Program-made: the position numbers and the translations under genes
DNA from: Dubosiella newyorkensis
GTDB taxonomy: Bacteria > Bacillota_I > Bacilli_A > Erysipelotrichales > Erysipelotrichaceae
Length of the DNA stretch: 32,000 nt
Assembly: GCF_001945605.1 (NCBI RefSeq)
Contig: NZ_MPKA01000065.1
Coordinates: 45,656-77,655 of the forward strand
Direction: 5' to 3'
The notes under the pieces: generated by a model
Told to the model about the DNA's origin: nothing
Seen by the model: only the letters and a program-made list of their open reading frames with translations
Database searches by the model: none
In this document: in pieces, positions 24,061 through 32,000 of the stretch
Numbering within the stretch: position 1 is the stretch's first letter
How the letters are laid out: every line of letters begins with the position of its first letter

Positions 24061-25486
24061 CGTCTTTCATTCCTTCCTTGATCTTTTGGATGATATATCC
24101 GCTTTCTGGATTTGATTTATGAACGTCCTTCCAGTCGAGGCCGTATTGTTTCACTAAGATTTCCATCACTTTCGGCAAACAAAAACCGCCTTGACATCGA
24201 CCCATTCCGGCGCGTACTCGACGCTTGATGCCATCGACACTTCTTGCCGGGATCGATCTAGAACACGCGTCGACGATCTGTCCTTCGCTGATGCTTTCGC
24301 ACCGGCATACGATTTTTCCATAACGAGGATCTTTTTGGATCAAATCGTTCCATTGCGAGTCGCTCAGTGTCTTCGTATTGACAAATCCTTTTCGCCTAGC
24401 GATATAGGGTTCTTTAAGCGATGGATCAAAATGATCAACGACGATCTCTTTTACATAGGAGGCAATACTTGGAGCCGAAGTCAATCCTGGCGATTCGATA
24501 CATGCGACATCGATCCAGTTGTCCATGCTCTCCTCGATCACGAAATCCCCTGTATTCCCTCTAGCTCTTAATCCGGCAAAAGAAGTGATCGTTTGAGAAA
24601 AAGGAATATCTTTGATCGTGATCTTCGCCTTTTCTTGAATCTGTTCAAGACCATCCGTTGTCGTATCGATCCCTTCTTTATCGTCGATATCTTGGGCTGT
24701 CGGACCGACAAGAAGATTTTCATGCACGGTCTGGGTGATCAACACGCCCTTTCCATATTCGCTCGGAAGCTGAAAGAGCGTATGAGAACATAGATGGGAA
24801 GCGCTATGATCGAGCAGGATATATTCTCCTTTTCGCGCTTGGATCTTAAAGCGTGGCTCTTCAAGCAAAGAATGGATGAAATCGGCTTTCACGCCAGCTG
24901 CGTTGATGATCATTTTGGAGGCGTATATTCCATTGATCAAAAACCCATTTTCTTTTTTTTCGATCGTTTCCACGGGTGTGTCAAATATAAATTTCACTCC
25001 ATTATCGGCCGCGTTTTCGGCGAAGGCGATCGTCATCCCAAAAGGACAAACGATGCCAGCGCTAGGCGCGTATAAAGCGGAAACGACATGATCGGAAACG
25101 TTAGGCTCCATGGAGAGAACTTCTTCTTTTGAAAGGATCTTCAGTCCTTCAACTCCATTTTGAATCCCTTGCTCATACAGTTTTTGGATCGTCTCTTTTC
25201 CTTCTTCGCTAAAATTCAAAACGAGAGATCCGCAGTTTTTATAATCGAAAGCAAGCAGTTCGGAAAGGATCGGGATCCGTTTAGCTCCATCAACATTGAA
25301 TTTTGCTTTTAAGGTGGCTGGTTTCGCGTCGTAGCCAGCATGAACGATTCCTGAATTAGCTTTGGATGTTCCTGAGCATACATCGCTTTCTTTCTCGAGA
25401 ACGAGCACGTCAAGCTGATATTTGGCAAGCTCGTAGGCGATGGCGCAACCAATGACGCCAGCGCCAATGATCACAATATCATACAT
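24050..25486 (-). CDS. FAD-dependent glycerol-3-phosphate dehydrogenase/oxidase-like enzyme with a BFD-type [2Fe-2S] domain
   Basis: MYDIVIIGAGVIGCAIAYELA (DAO-type FAD fold) and C-terminal CRCE...CxGGFC cysteines. It lies immediately downstream of glpK. The start is trimmed to ATG 25486 (or 25492), behind GAGGGA. Confidence 0.8.
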   Translation of the reverse strand: MYDIVIIGAGVIGCAIAYELAKYQLDVLVLEKESDVCSGTSKANSGIVHAGYDAKPATLKAKFNVDGAKRIPILSELLAFDYKNCGSLVLNFSEEGKETIQKLYEQGIQNGVEGLKILSKEEVLSMEPNVSDHVVSALYAPSAGIVCPFGMTIAFAENAADNGVKFIFDTPVETIEKKENGFLINGIYASKMIINAAGVKADFIHSLLEEPRFKIQARKGEYILLDHSASHLCSHTLFQLPSEYGKGVLITQTVHENLLVGPTAQDIDDKEGIDTTTDGLEQIQEKAKITIKDIPFSQTITSFAGLRARGNTGDFVIEESMDNWIDVACIESPGLTSAPSIASYVKEIVVDHFDPSLKEPYIARRKGFVNTKTLSDSQWNDLIQKDPRYGKIVCRCESISEGQIVDACSRSIPARSVDGIKRRVRAGMGRCQGGFCLPKVMEILVKQYGLDWKDVHKSNPESGYIIQKIKEGMKDDGT

Positions 25487-26993
25487 GTCCATTTCCCTCG
25501 ACTTGGACCGGTTTGAACGCCTGGCAAGAAGCGATCGCTCGATGCCAGTTTTCAAAATGTAGATCCATTTCTTCTTTCTTTTTGTTGGGCTCGAATGTTT
25601 GATCGATCTCGATCTTCAAGTTTTCTAGCTTCCAATAGCCGATCGCAAGTCCAGCTAGAAAGGCAGCGCCTAAGGCGGTCAATTCGGTGACCTTGAAACG
25701 TTCAAGAGCGCATTGACACAAGTTGGCTTGGAATTGAAGCAAATAATCGTTGCTCGTGGCGCCTCCGTCAACTTTAAGCTTCGAGATCTTTAAGTTCGAG
25801 TCTTTTTCCATGGCGTCCATCACATCTTTTGCTTGATAAGCCATCGATTCGATGCCGGCTTTTACAATTTGATTCCGGTTGGATCCTAAAGTCAAACCAA
25901 CGATCGAGGCTTTCGCTTTATCGTCCCAATAAGGAGCGCCTAAGCCGACAAAAGCAGGCACGATAAAAAGATCGTCTTGCGCCTTAGCGTTATTGGCCAT
26001 TTGGCTTGTTACTTTTACATCGTCAAAGAGCTGCAGCTCGTCGCGCATCCATTTCATGATGGAGCCGGAAACGAAGATCGATCCTTCTAAAGCGTATGTC
26101 ACATGATCGCCGATCTTCCAAGCGACTGTCGACAACAAGCCATTTTTTGAGCGGACGATCTTATCTCCTGTGTTCATCAATAAAAAGCCGCCTGTTCCAT
26201 ACGTGTTTTTGACCATGCCTTTTTCTAGGCAAAGCTGACCAAACAAGGCGGCTTGCTGATCGCCGACCATAGAACAAATCGGAATACGGCTTCCAAAAAA
26301 GTGATAGGGCGCTGTGGTTCCATAATTGAACGAGGTCGGAACGATTTCTGGCAAGATCGTTTTGGGGATATGGAACGCTTCAAGAAGTTCATCGTCCCAT
26401 TCGAGCGTTTCGATGTTGCACAACAACGTTCTCGAGGCGTTTGAAACATCGGTGATGTGTCTTTCTTCTCCGCTCAAGTTCCATACGATCCAGGAATCCA
26501 TTGTGCCAAACATCAAATCGCCGTTTTCGGCTTTTTCTCGAGCGCCTTCGATGTTTTCGAGCATCCAGGCGATCTTTGAGGCGGAAAAGTAAGGATCGAT
26601 CCGAAGCCCTGTTTTCTGGCGGACCATTTCTTCGAGTCCTTCTTCTTTCCATCGATCGCAGATCTCGCTTGTTTGTCTAGATTGCCAAACGATCGCTTTT
26701 CCGATCGGAAGTCCTGTTTTTTTATCCCAGAGCACGCTCGTTTCGCGTTGATTCGAGATCCCGATGGCCGCGACTTGATCTGGCTTGATTCCGGATTTGT
26801 TGATGATGCCCGCGATCACATATAAAATATCGAGCCATACGGCCAGAGCGTCTTGTTCGACCCACCCTGATTTTGGGTATTCGACTTTCCCTTCTTTTTG
26901 CACGATATCGACCATATTGCATTCATGATCGAACAGGATCGCTCGCGTCGAAGTCGTTCCATGATCGATCGCTAATATATATTGTTTATCCAT
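25479..26993 (-). CDS. glpK: glycerol kinase
   Basis: ILAIDHGTTSTRAILFD, the FGGY family blocks (GDQQAALFGQ, VDGGAT), ~500 aa. ATG 26993 has AAAGGA 7 nt upstream; ATG 26999 is the alternative. Confidence 0.9.
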   Translation of the reverse strand: MDKQYILAIDHGTTSTRAILFDHECNMVDIVQKEGKVEYPKSGWVEQDALAVWLDILYVIAGIINKSGIKPDQVAAIGISNQRETSVLWDKKTGLPIGKAIVWQSRQTSEICDRWKEEGLEEMVRQKTGLRIDPYFSASKIAWMLENIEGAREKAENGDLMFGTMDSWIVWNLSGEERHITDVSNASRTLLCNIETLEWDDELLEAFHIPKTILPEIVPTSFNYGTTAPYHFFGSRIPICSMVGDQQAALFGQLCLEKGMVKNTYGTGGFLLMNTGDKIVRSKNGLLSTVAWKIGDHVTYALEGSIFVSGSIMKWMRDELQLFDDVKVTSQMANNAKAQDDLFIVPAFVGLGAPYWDDKAKASIVGLTLGSNRNQIVKAGIESMAYQAKDVMDAMEKDSNLKISKLKVDGGATSNDYLLQFQANLCQCALERFKVTELTALGAAFLAGLAIGYWKLENLKIEIDQTFEPNKKKEEMDLHFENWHRAIASCQAFKPVQVEGNGHV

Positions 26994-27009
26994 TCGCATT
27001 TCCTTTCTT

Positions 27010-27023
27010 TGTAAGCGTTTTCT
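27010..27023. promoter_or_regulatory. candidate cre (CcpA) operator in the glpK leader
   Basis: TGTAAGCGTTTTCT against the consensus TGWAANCGNTNWCA shows one mismatch, at the last position. It lies between the -10 box and the glpK start. Confidence 0.4.
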
Positions 27024-27038
27024 TTACTTAAGACTTTC

Positions 27039-27067
27039 ATTTTACCAAATGTCCTATATCTTCGCAA
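27039..27067 (-). promoter_or_regulatory. sigma-A type promoter of the glp operon
   Basis: Minus strand TTGCGA (27062-27067), 17-nt spacer, TGg-TAAAAT (27039-27044, extended -10). Confidence 0.5.
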
Positions 27068-27090
27068 ACAAAAAAGCGGATCACTCCGCT
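27064..27090 (-). terminator. intrinsic terminator after the ATP-grasp gene
   Basis: Minus strand AGCGGA-GUGA-UCCGCU followed by UUUUUGUUU. The stem overlaps the TGA stop. Confidence 0.6.
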
Positions 27091-28253
27091 TGATCGAGCA
27101 CATATTGGATGAACGCGTCCTTCTCTTCTCTTGTATCGAGCTTGACCGTATACATTTGGTTTCCCATCGTCCGGACCATCATTTCAGGCATTCTTTCACA
27201 CATCACAAGCTTGTCTTTGTATCGTTCTAGGATCTTATCATGAGAATGAAGATAAGGTTTTCCATCTTTTTGCGACGCATAGACACAATACGATTGAGAA
27301 GCTTCCTGGTTTGCGACGGGTTGTTTTTTCGTGACCATGTCCGCATAGATTTGATAGACATCGACTGAATGGGCGAAGTTCATCATGTCGGGTGTATACC
27401 CTCCAGCTGGTCGCATATTGACTTCTAGGCCATAGTATGTGTTCTTCCGCTTTGTTTTGAAAAATTCAAGATGAATAAATCGAGAATAGGCGTGAAAGGC
27501 TTGGATCGCGTTTTGGGCTAGTGTTTTTAGTTCGGGATCGAGTTCTGGAGAAACATAATAGGCAAGATCTAAATCTTGATTGACGATATCCGCGATCGAT
27601 GGGGGCCAATAGGTCATCGATTCAAAGATCGGCTCTCCTTTGTCGTTTACGATCGCGTCGTAAGAGACGATATCGCCTTCGATAAATTCTTCTAAAACGT
27701 ATTCTTCTTGGGGCTTGTTTGCATCGAATGAGCGAAGATCGTCTTCGTTTTTGAGTTTGAACACATCGCTTGCGCCCACTCCGGTTTCGGGTTTGACGAT
27801 GAGCGGATAGCCGATCGAGTCCGCCCATTTTTTGGCTGTTTCAAGATCTGTATATCGGATCGAAGCGGCGCTTGGGATGTTGGCTTCGCGATACTTTTCT
27901 TTCATTTTGTATTTGCTTTTGAAATAGTCGATATGATTTGGTTGGACGCCCGTTTTTACATTGAAATCTTCGCGTAGCTTGGCGTCTTGTTCCAGCCAAT
28001 ACTCGTTGTTGGATTCGATCCAGTCGATGCGTCCATATTTGAAGGCATAATAGGCGACGGCTCGATACATGTCGGCGTAGGATTCCATCGACGGAACATA
28101 ATAATATTCGACAAGCGCGTTTTTGAGCAATGGGTCGAGTTGATCGTAGGGTGTATCGCCGATTCCCAATACGCGAACTCCATTTTTAGAAAGCCGGTCG
28201 CAGAAGTACCAGTTCGTTTTCGGAAACTGGGGTGAAATATAAATAAAATTCAT
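27081..28253 (-). CDS. ATP-grasp domain protein (carboxylate-amine ligase type), substrate unknown
   Basis: Central YPLIVKPETGVGASDVFKL (ATP-grasp Lys loop), EEFIEGD, and the LEVNMRPAGG Mg/ATP site. Confidence 0.7.
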   Translation of the reverse strand: MNFIYISPQFPKTNWYFCDRLSKNGVRVLGIGDTPYDQLDPLLKNALVEYYYVPSMESYADMYRAVAYYAFKYGRIDWIESNNEYWLEQDAKLREDFNVKTGVQPNHIDYFKSKYKMKEKYREANIPSAASIRYTDLETAKKWADSIGYPLIVKPETGVGASDVFKLKNEDDLRSFDANKPQEEYVLEEFIEGDIVSYDAIVNDKGEPIFESMTYWPPSIADIVNQDLDLAYYVSPELDPELKTLAQNAIQAFHAYSRFIHLEFFKTKRKNTYYGLEVNMRPAGGYTPDMMNFAHSVDVYQIYADMVTKKQPVANQEASQSYCVYASQKDGKPYLHSHDKILERYKDKLVMCERMPEMMVRTMGNQMYTVKLDTREEKDAFIQYVLDQAE

Positions 28254-28280
28254 AACATTCTCCCTTTTTTATGATTATAC

Positions 28281-28311
28281 AAAAAATGCCTACGGTTTGG
28301 GTAGGCTTTTT
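28281..28311. terminator. intrinsic terminator after the histidine kinase gene
   Basis: GCCTAC-GGTTTGG-GTAGGC (28288-28306), flanked by A6 and T5. Confidence 0.7.
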
Positions 28312-28314
28312 GGT

Positions 28315-29868
28315 TCAGAAGGTCACGAGAAATCGCGTTCCTTTTCCGAGTTTTGATTCGACTTGTATGCTTCCGTGCATGAGTAAAAGAGCGTGTTTGA
28401 CGATCGAGAGTCCGATGCCAGAACCTGGATAGGAGGAACGGATCGAATTGCTTCGATAAAAACGGTCGAATATGTGTTCTTGTTCTTCTGAAGCGATCCC
28501 AATTCCTGTATCTTGGATCATGATCGTCGCGCCTTCTTGGTTTTTTTGTTCGAGGCAAATGGTGATCGTGCCTTTGTTTCGATTGTATTTAATCGCATTG
28601 TCGATCAAGTTGTTCAAGATCATTCGACATGCTTTATGATGGCCAAAGAGCTTGACTGGTTCGAGTTTTGTTTTGATTGTAAGTTCTTTTTTTTCGATCG
28701 ATAGCTTATGCATTTCAAGGATCTGTTCGATCAGCTCTTTCATATCGATACTTTCGAAGTTAAGGCGGTCGACTTCTTGTTCCATCTTGGAAAGATCGAG
28801 GAGTTCTTCGACGATCGAGCGCATCAAGAGCGCTTTGTTATAGATTTTTTTAACAAAGAGGGGTTGGTCTTCTTTTTTGACACATTTGGAGTCGAGAAGT
28901 TCCGAATAACCTAGGATGCTTTGAATCGGGGTCTTGAGTTCATGGGAAATGTTGGCTGAAAATTCGCGTCGAATCTGTTCCATCTTTTCCTTTTCGCTTA
29001 TATCTAGGATCAAGATCGCTTGGCCAGAAAACTTGTCATGGGTCTCGATCGGATCGAGGTGGAACTCGTAAGTATGGTCTTCGCGTTTTATCGTCAAGAC
29101 TTTCTTTTTGATCTTCTCTTCGAGAATGGCTTTTTTCAAAGCTTCTTCGGGAAAAAGTTTTAAGAAGTGAAACCCTTGAACTGGGCCATGTAAATTTCCC
29201 ATCTGCATGGCGGCTTCGTTGATCTGGACCACGATGTTTTTTTCGTTGATGAGAATGATTCCTTGCGTGATCCCATTCATCAGTGTTCTTAATTCTTCAT
29301 GTTTATGTTCGAGCTGACGATTTTGTTTGCGAATCTCTTTTTGTTGGAGAGAGAGCCGATGAATGATCGGATCGAGTTCAGGATACGCGTTCTTCACCTT
29401 AGGGTGTTCTAGGTCGAGATCATTGAGCGGCTGCATACATTCTTTGGCGATCTTGTACGAAAGAAACAAAGAAAGGATAAGGCCGATCCCCAATACGATA
29501 CTCAGCGGCCTAAGCAAGGCGAGCGTCTGCATCGCGATCGAGAGCTTGTTTTGAGATAAAGTCAAAATATCGCCATTGGCTAATGTTTTATGCAAGGTGA
29601 TCGATTGGTCTTCGTAATGGTTCGAGGAAGTTTGGCTTGCGTATACAATCGTGCCAGCTTTGTTTTTGAGAACGGCTTCCATCGAGCGTTTCGCCCAGTC
29701 GATCGTTTCTACATCGTCTTGATCGTCGATCAGATCGGCGATGACGGAAAGTTCTTGTTTAAGGGAGGCGTTGAAATATTGATTGAGGACAAAAAGAAAG
29801 ACGAGCGAAGTGCCGATGAGCATCCCCATACAGCCTAAAAGGATCGATTGAAAGATTTTTTGTCTCAT
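28315..29868 (-). CDS. membrane sensor histidine kinase (HisKA + HATPase_c)
   Basis: Two TM segments, H-box SHELKTP, N-box LNNLIDNAIKY, G1 DTGIGI and G2 GSGIGLSIV. ATGA overlap with the response regulator stop. Confidence 0.85.
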   Translation of the reverse strand: MRQKIFQSILLGCMGMLIGTSLVFLFVLNQYFNASLKQELSVIADLIDDQDDVETIDWAKRSMEAVLKNKAGTIVYASQTSSNHYEDQSITLHKTLANGDILTLSQNKLSIAMQTLALLRPLSIVLGIGLILSLFLSYKIAKECMQPLNDLDLEHPKVKNAYPELDPIIHRLSLQQKEIRKQNRQLEHKHEELRTLMNGITQGIILINEKNIVVQINEAAMQMGNLHGPVQGFHFLKLFPEEALKKAILEEKIKKKVLTIKREDHTYEFHLDPIETHDKFSGQAILILDISEKEKMEQIRREFSANISHELKTPIQSILGYSELLDSKCVKKEDQPLFVKKIYNKALLMRSIVEELLDLSKMEQEVDRLNFESIDMKELIEQILEMHKLSIEKKELTIKTKLEPVKLFGHHKACRMILNNLIDNAIKYNRNKGTITICLEQKNQEGATIMIQDTGIGIASEEQEHIFDRFYRSNSIRSSYPGSGIGLSIVKHALLLMHGSIQVESKLGKGTRFLVTF

Positions 29869-30536
29869 TCGACAAGCTCCAGTTTATAGCCGATCCCTCG
29901 GACTGTTTTGATGTAGTTTTTGTGGTTTTCCAGTTTATTGCGAAGCATTCCAATATGCACGTCGACCGTTCGAGTTTCGCCTTCATATGAATAGCCCCAG
30001 ATCTTTTCTAAGATTTGTTCTCGAGTGATGACTTGATTGACATGGCGCATCAAGAAATAGAGCAGATCAAATTCTTTTTTCGAAAGTTCCAGTTTTTTTC
30101 CTTCGATAAAAACGGTCCGGCTTTTTTCTTCGAGTTTCAAAGATCCGCATTTTAAACCTTCTTCTTTAGATTTTATAGATCGTCTAAGCAGCGCTTTGAT
30201 GCGAGAGACGAGTTCCATCATCCCAAACGGCTTTACGATATAATCGTCGGCGCCTTCATCCAATCCGATCACTTTATCGAATTCGCTGCCTTTTGCCGAG
30301 GCGATCAAGATCGGGATCGTGCTGGAATTTGGATCTGAGCGCAATAAGCGAAGAAGGCGCATTCCATCCAAGTCAGGGAGCATTAGATCCAATACGATCA
30401 GATCGGGTTTTCGTGTTTTCAATGCTTCTAAAAAATCCTTTCCGCAAGAAAAGCCTTCACAGTCCATATTGTGGACTTGAAGGGTGTATAAGATCAATTC
30501 GCGGATGGATGGATCGTCTTCAATACAAAAAATCAT
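29865..30536 (-). CDS. OmpR-family response regulator
   Basis: Receiver domain (LIVLDLMLPDLDG phospho-Asp context, conserved K in VKPF) plus a winged-helix output (RTVDVHIGMLRNKL...VRGIGYKL). Confidence 0.9.
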   Translation of the reverse strand: MIFCIEDDPSIRELILYTLQVHNMDCEGFSCGKDFLEALKTRKPDLIVLDLMLPDLDGMRLLRLLRSDPNSSTIPILIASAKGSEFDKVIGLDEGADDYIVKPFGMMELVSRIKALLRRSIKSKEEGLKCGSLKLEEKSRTVFIEGKKLELSKKEFDLLYFLMRHVNQVITREQILEKIWGYSYEGETRTVDVHIGMLRNKLENHKNYIKTVRGIGYKLELVE

Positions 30537-30620
30537 GCGTCTACCTCTTTTGTTTTAGTATATCGGATCTTGTTTTCTAGTCCATCAATGCGATGTAAAA
30601 CGTATGTAAACTTTGGCATC

Positions 30621-30644
30621 AGAAAAGGCGGAATCTTGCCGCCT
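30621..30644 (-). terminator. intrinsic terminator after the truncated ABC gene
   Basis: Minus strand AGGCGG-CAAGAUU-CCGCCU followed by UUUUCU. Confidence 0.55.
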
Positions 30645-30753
30645 GTTTGATTAATGCGACCAATGATGTATCTCGCTGAATGCTTTATTATATTTCGAAA
30701 TTCTAAACTTTCTTCCTTGTATTTTCGCTTGATACCTTTTCCGGTGTGAACTC

Positions 30754-31527
30754 TTACGGGGCTAAATCAACCACTTCATCAAAGAGTGAAAGAATAGCCT
30801 GATTCTCCGTATGCATTACCACGATACATGTTTTTTTCAAACCAAGAATATCCTTCAATACTTGTTCCTGTAGCCCGGGATCCATTCCTGTCGTCGGTTC
30901 ATCCAGCAGGTTCCAGTCTTTATTCTGCTGGAGGATTCGATCAAGAAGGACACGCTGTTTTTGTCCTCCCGAGAGAACGTTTATGTTTCCTTTCAAATCG
31001 ATCGCCCTCTGATCCTTTTTTTGAGGACTCGAGGAGAATGTGATATTTTCTTCCACCGTACCGTGGATCAGTTCCTGGGATTGCGGCATCCAGGCTATGT
31101 TTTCAAGAAGCGCGTCCGTCGTATATCCACTCGTTCCATTGTACACGATCCGCCCGGATGACGGTTCATAAATTCCCAGGATCAGCTGAAGCAGCGTGGA
31201 CTTTCCAAAACCCGAAGGAGCCCGTACGAGATAGGAGCGTCCCGACAAAAACGTATACGAAAAATCCTTTAAGATTTCCTGGTCCGGAAATTTGAACCAC
31301 ACATGGTCGAAGGAGATCGAATCAATTTGAAGCGAAGCCGGAAAGCAATGGTTTTCCTTCAATGTTTCTTCCATTGTTTTCGCTAATCGAACTGCTCCCG
31401 ACTGACGCGACAACAAAGCAGGCAGCTCGGTTACCGGCTCAAGGATATAATTCAGCAGCTGGACAAATATTACGACTTGTCCTGCGGTCAATGTGCCGGT
31501 CCGTATGGCGATCCATCCTCCCGCGCA
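30754..31527 (-). pseudogene. ABC exporter (fused TMD-NBD type) truncated at its 5' end by IS insertion
   Basis: Only the tail of the membrane domain remains (AGGWIAIRTGTLTAGQVVIFVQLLNY), followed by a complete NBD (SGFGKST, LSGGQKQR, LLDEPT, H-loop). There is no ATG, and the frame is closed by a TGA at 31540-31542 inside the IS end. Confidence 0.7.
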
Positions 31528-31529
31528 GC

Positions 31530-32000
31530 TGGTACTATGTCAAGTTTGAGAACAACCTAAATTTCTGTTTTTTGACAAATCCGAAAAAATTTGTTCCGCT
31601 TTCCATTGACTACGGGTCCCTATCCCTAAGAACCCATTTCTTGTTGCTTTTCAAACTCCCAGCTCTTGCTGCGGCTTGAAAAGCCCCAAGCTTATCTTAG
31701 GGATCCCCATCGTCAATGACGCTTCTCAATTTTTTTCTAAACGCATCTTTTTCAATATCTTGTAGTTTTTCTCGTATTCCATCGGGGATTCGTATCCGCA
31801 ATGGGAATGGATCCGGATCGTATTGTAGAATCCTTCTATATATTCGAATACGGCTTTCTTCGCTTCTTTCATCGTTTCGAAATGGTAGAAGTTGATCCAT
31901 TCTCTCTTGATCAGTGAATGAAAGCTTTCGATGCAGGCGTTGTCCCATGGATTGCCTTTTCTCGAATACGATCTTTCCATTCCTTCTGTCTTGTAAATCC
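31530..32000 (-). mobile_element. IS3-family insertion sequence, right-hand end (continues past the window edge)
   Basis: The terminus TGGTACTATGTC... reads ...CA in element orientation. About 195 nt of non-coding end follow, then the transposase 3' end. Confidence 0.65.
31726..32000 (-). CDS. IS3-family transposase (OrfB integrase-core C terminus), partial
   Basis: ...IYKTEGMERSYSRKGNPWDNACIESFHSLIKREWINFYHFET...YNTIRIHS is the rve/DDE C-terminal block. The frame is open to the window edge. Confidence 0.8.
   Translation of the reverse strand, partial: IYKTEGMERSYSRKGNPWDNACIESFHSLIKREWINFYHFETMKEAKKAVFEYIEGFYNTIRIHSHCGYESPMEYEKNYKILKKMRLEKN

Noticed and set aside
30534-30620. 28-aa ORF (MPKFTYVLHRIDGLENKIRYTKTKEVDA) whose TGA overlaps the response-regulator ATG
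   Set aside because: It has no SD, starts inside the terminator tail of the upstream gene, and has no recognisable leader-peptide logic. It is probably chance.
27081-31527. ATP-grasp enzyme plus two-component system plus ABC exporter read as a graspetide/RiPP cluster
   Set aside because: No small precursor-peptide ORF lies next to the ATP-grasp gene; the gap at 28254-28314 is just a terminator and promoter. The genes are separated by terminators, and the ATP-grasp N-terminal domain looks like a general carboxylate-amine ligase.
1-32000. CRISPR arrays, rRNA or tRNA genes, prophage modules
   Set aside because: No regularly spaced repeats were seen; the recurrent GATCGATC strings are not periodic. 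There are no cloverleaf-type or rRNA-like segments in the intergenic regions and no phage structural genes.

Overview
This is a 32-kb chromosomal segment with the hallmarks of a low-GC Gram-positive (Bacillota-type) genome: a T-box leader, a comG pseudopilus operon, a cre-like box, GGAGG-type Shine-Dalgarno sites and several ATGA stop/start overlaps. I cannot assign a species from the sequence alone. Most of the window is housekeeping. It holds the leuS 5' end behind a Leu T-box, comGA-comGG, an MBL-fold hydrolase, and an rpmG (L33) gene missing from the ORF track. Next come aroD with divergent aroK-aroE, a small RHH-like ORF, a class B PBP, ispG, a DUF1643 protein, two alpha/beta hydrolases, nfo, a DEAD-box helicase and a DUF554 membrane protein. 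ispH is followed by a metallophosphoesterase. A glycerol operon follows (glpK, FAD G3P dehydrogenase, FAD/NAD oxidoreductase, DUF1667), then an ATP-grasp enzyme and an OmpR/histidine-kinase pair. Two accessory parts stand out. (1) At 11.38-16.12 kb lies an AT-rich, GATC-poor island. It encodes a long-form Type I HsdM (848 aa), two tandem single-TRD half-hsdS modules bracketed by nucleotide-identical direct repeats, and a tyrosine recombinase. All four sit in one minus-strand operon and no hsdR is present in the window. This is the best candidate for an unusual, switchable and possibly methylation-only system. (2) At the right edge an IS3-family element is inserted into an ABC exporter gene and truncates it. 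A window-wide oddity is roughly 8-fold over-representation of GATC in the core genes. All calls rest on motif reading and manual translation; no database search was possible.
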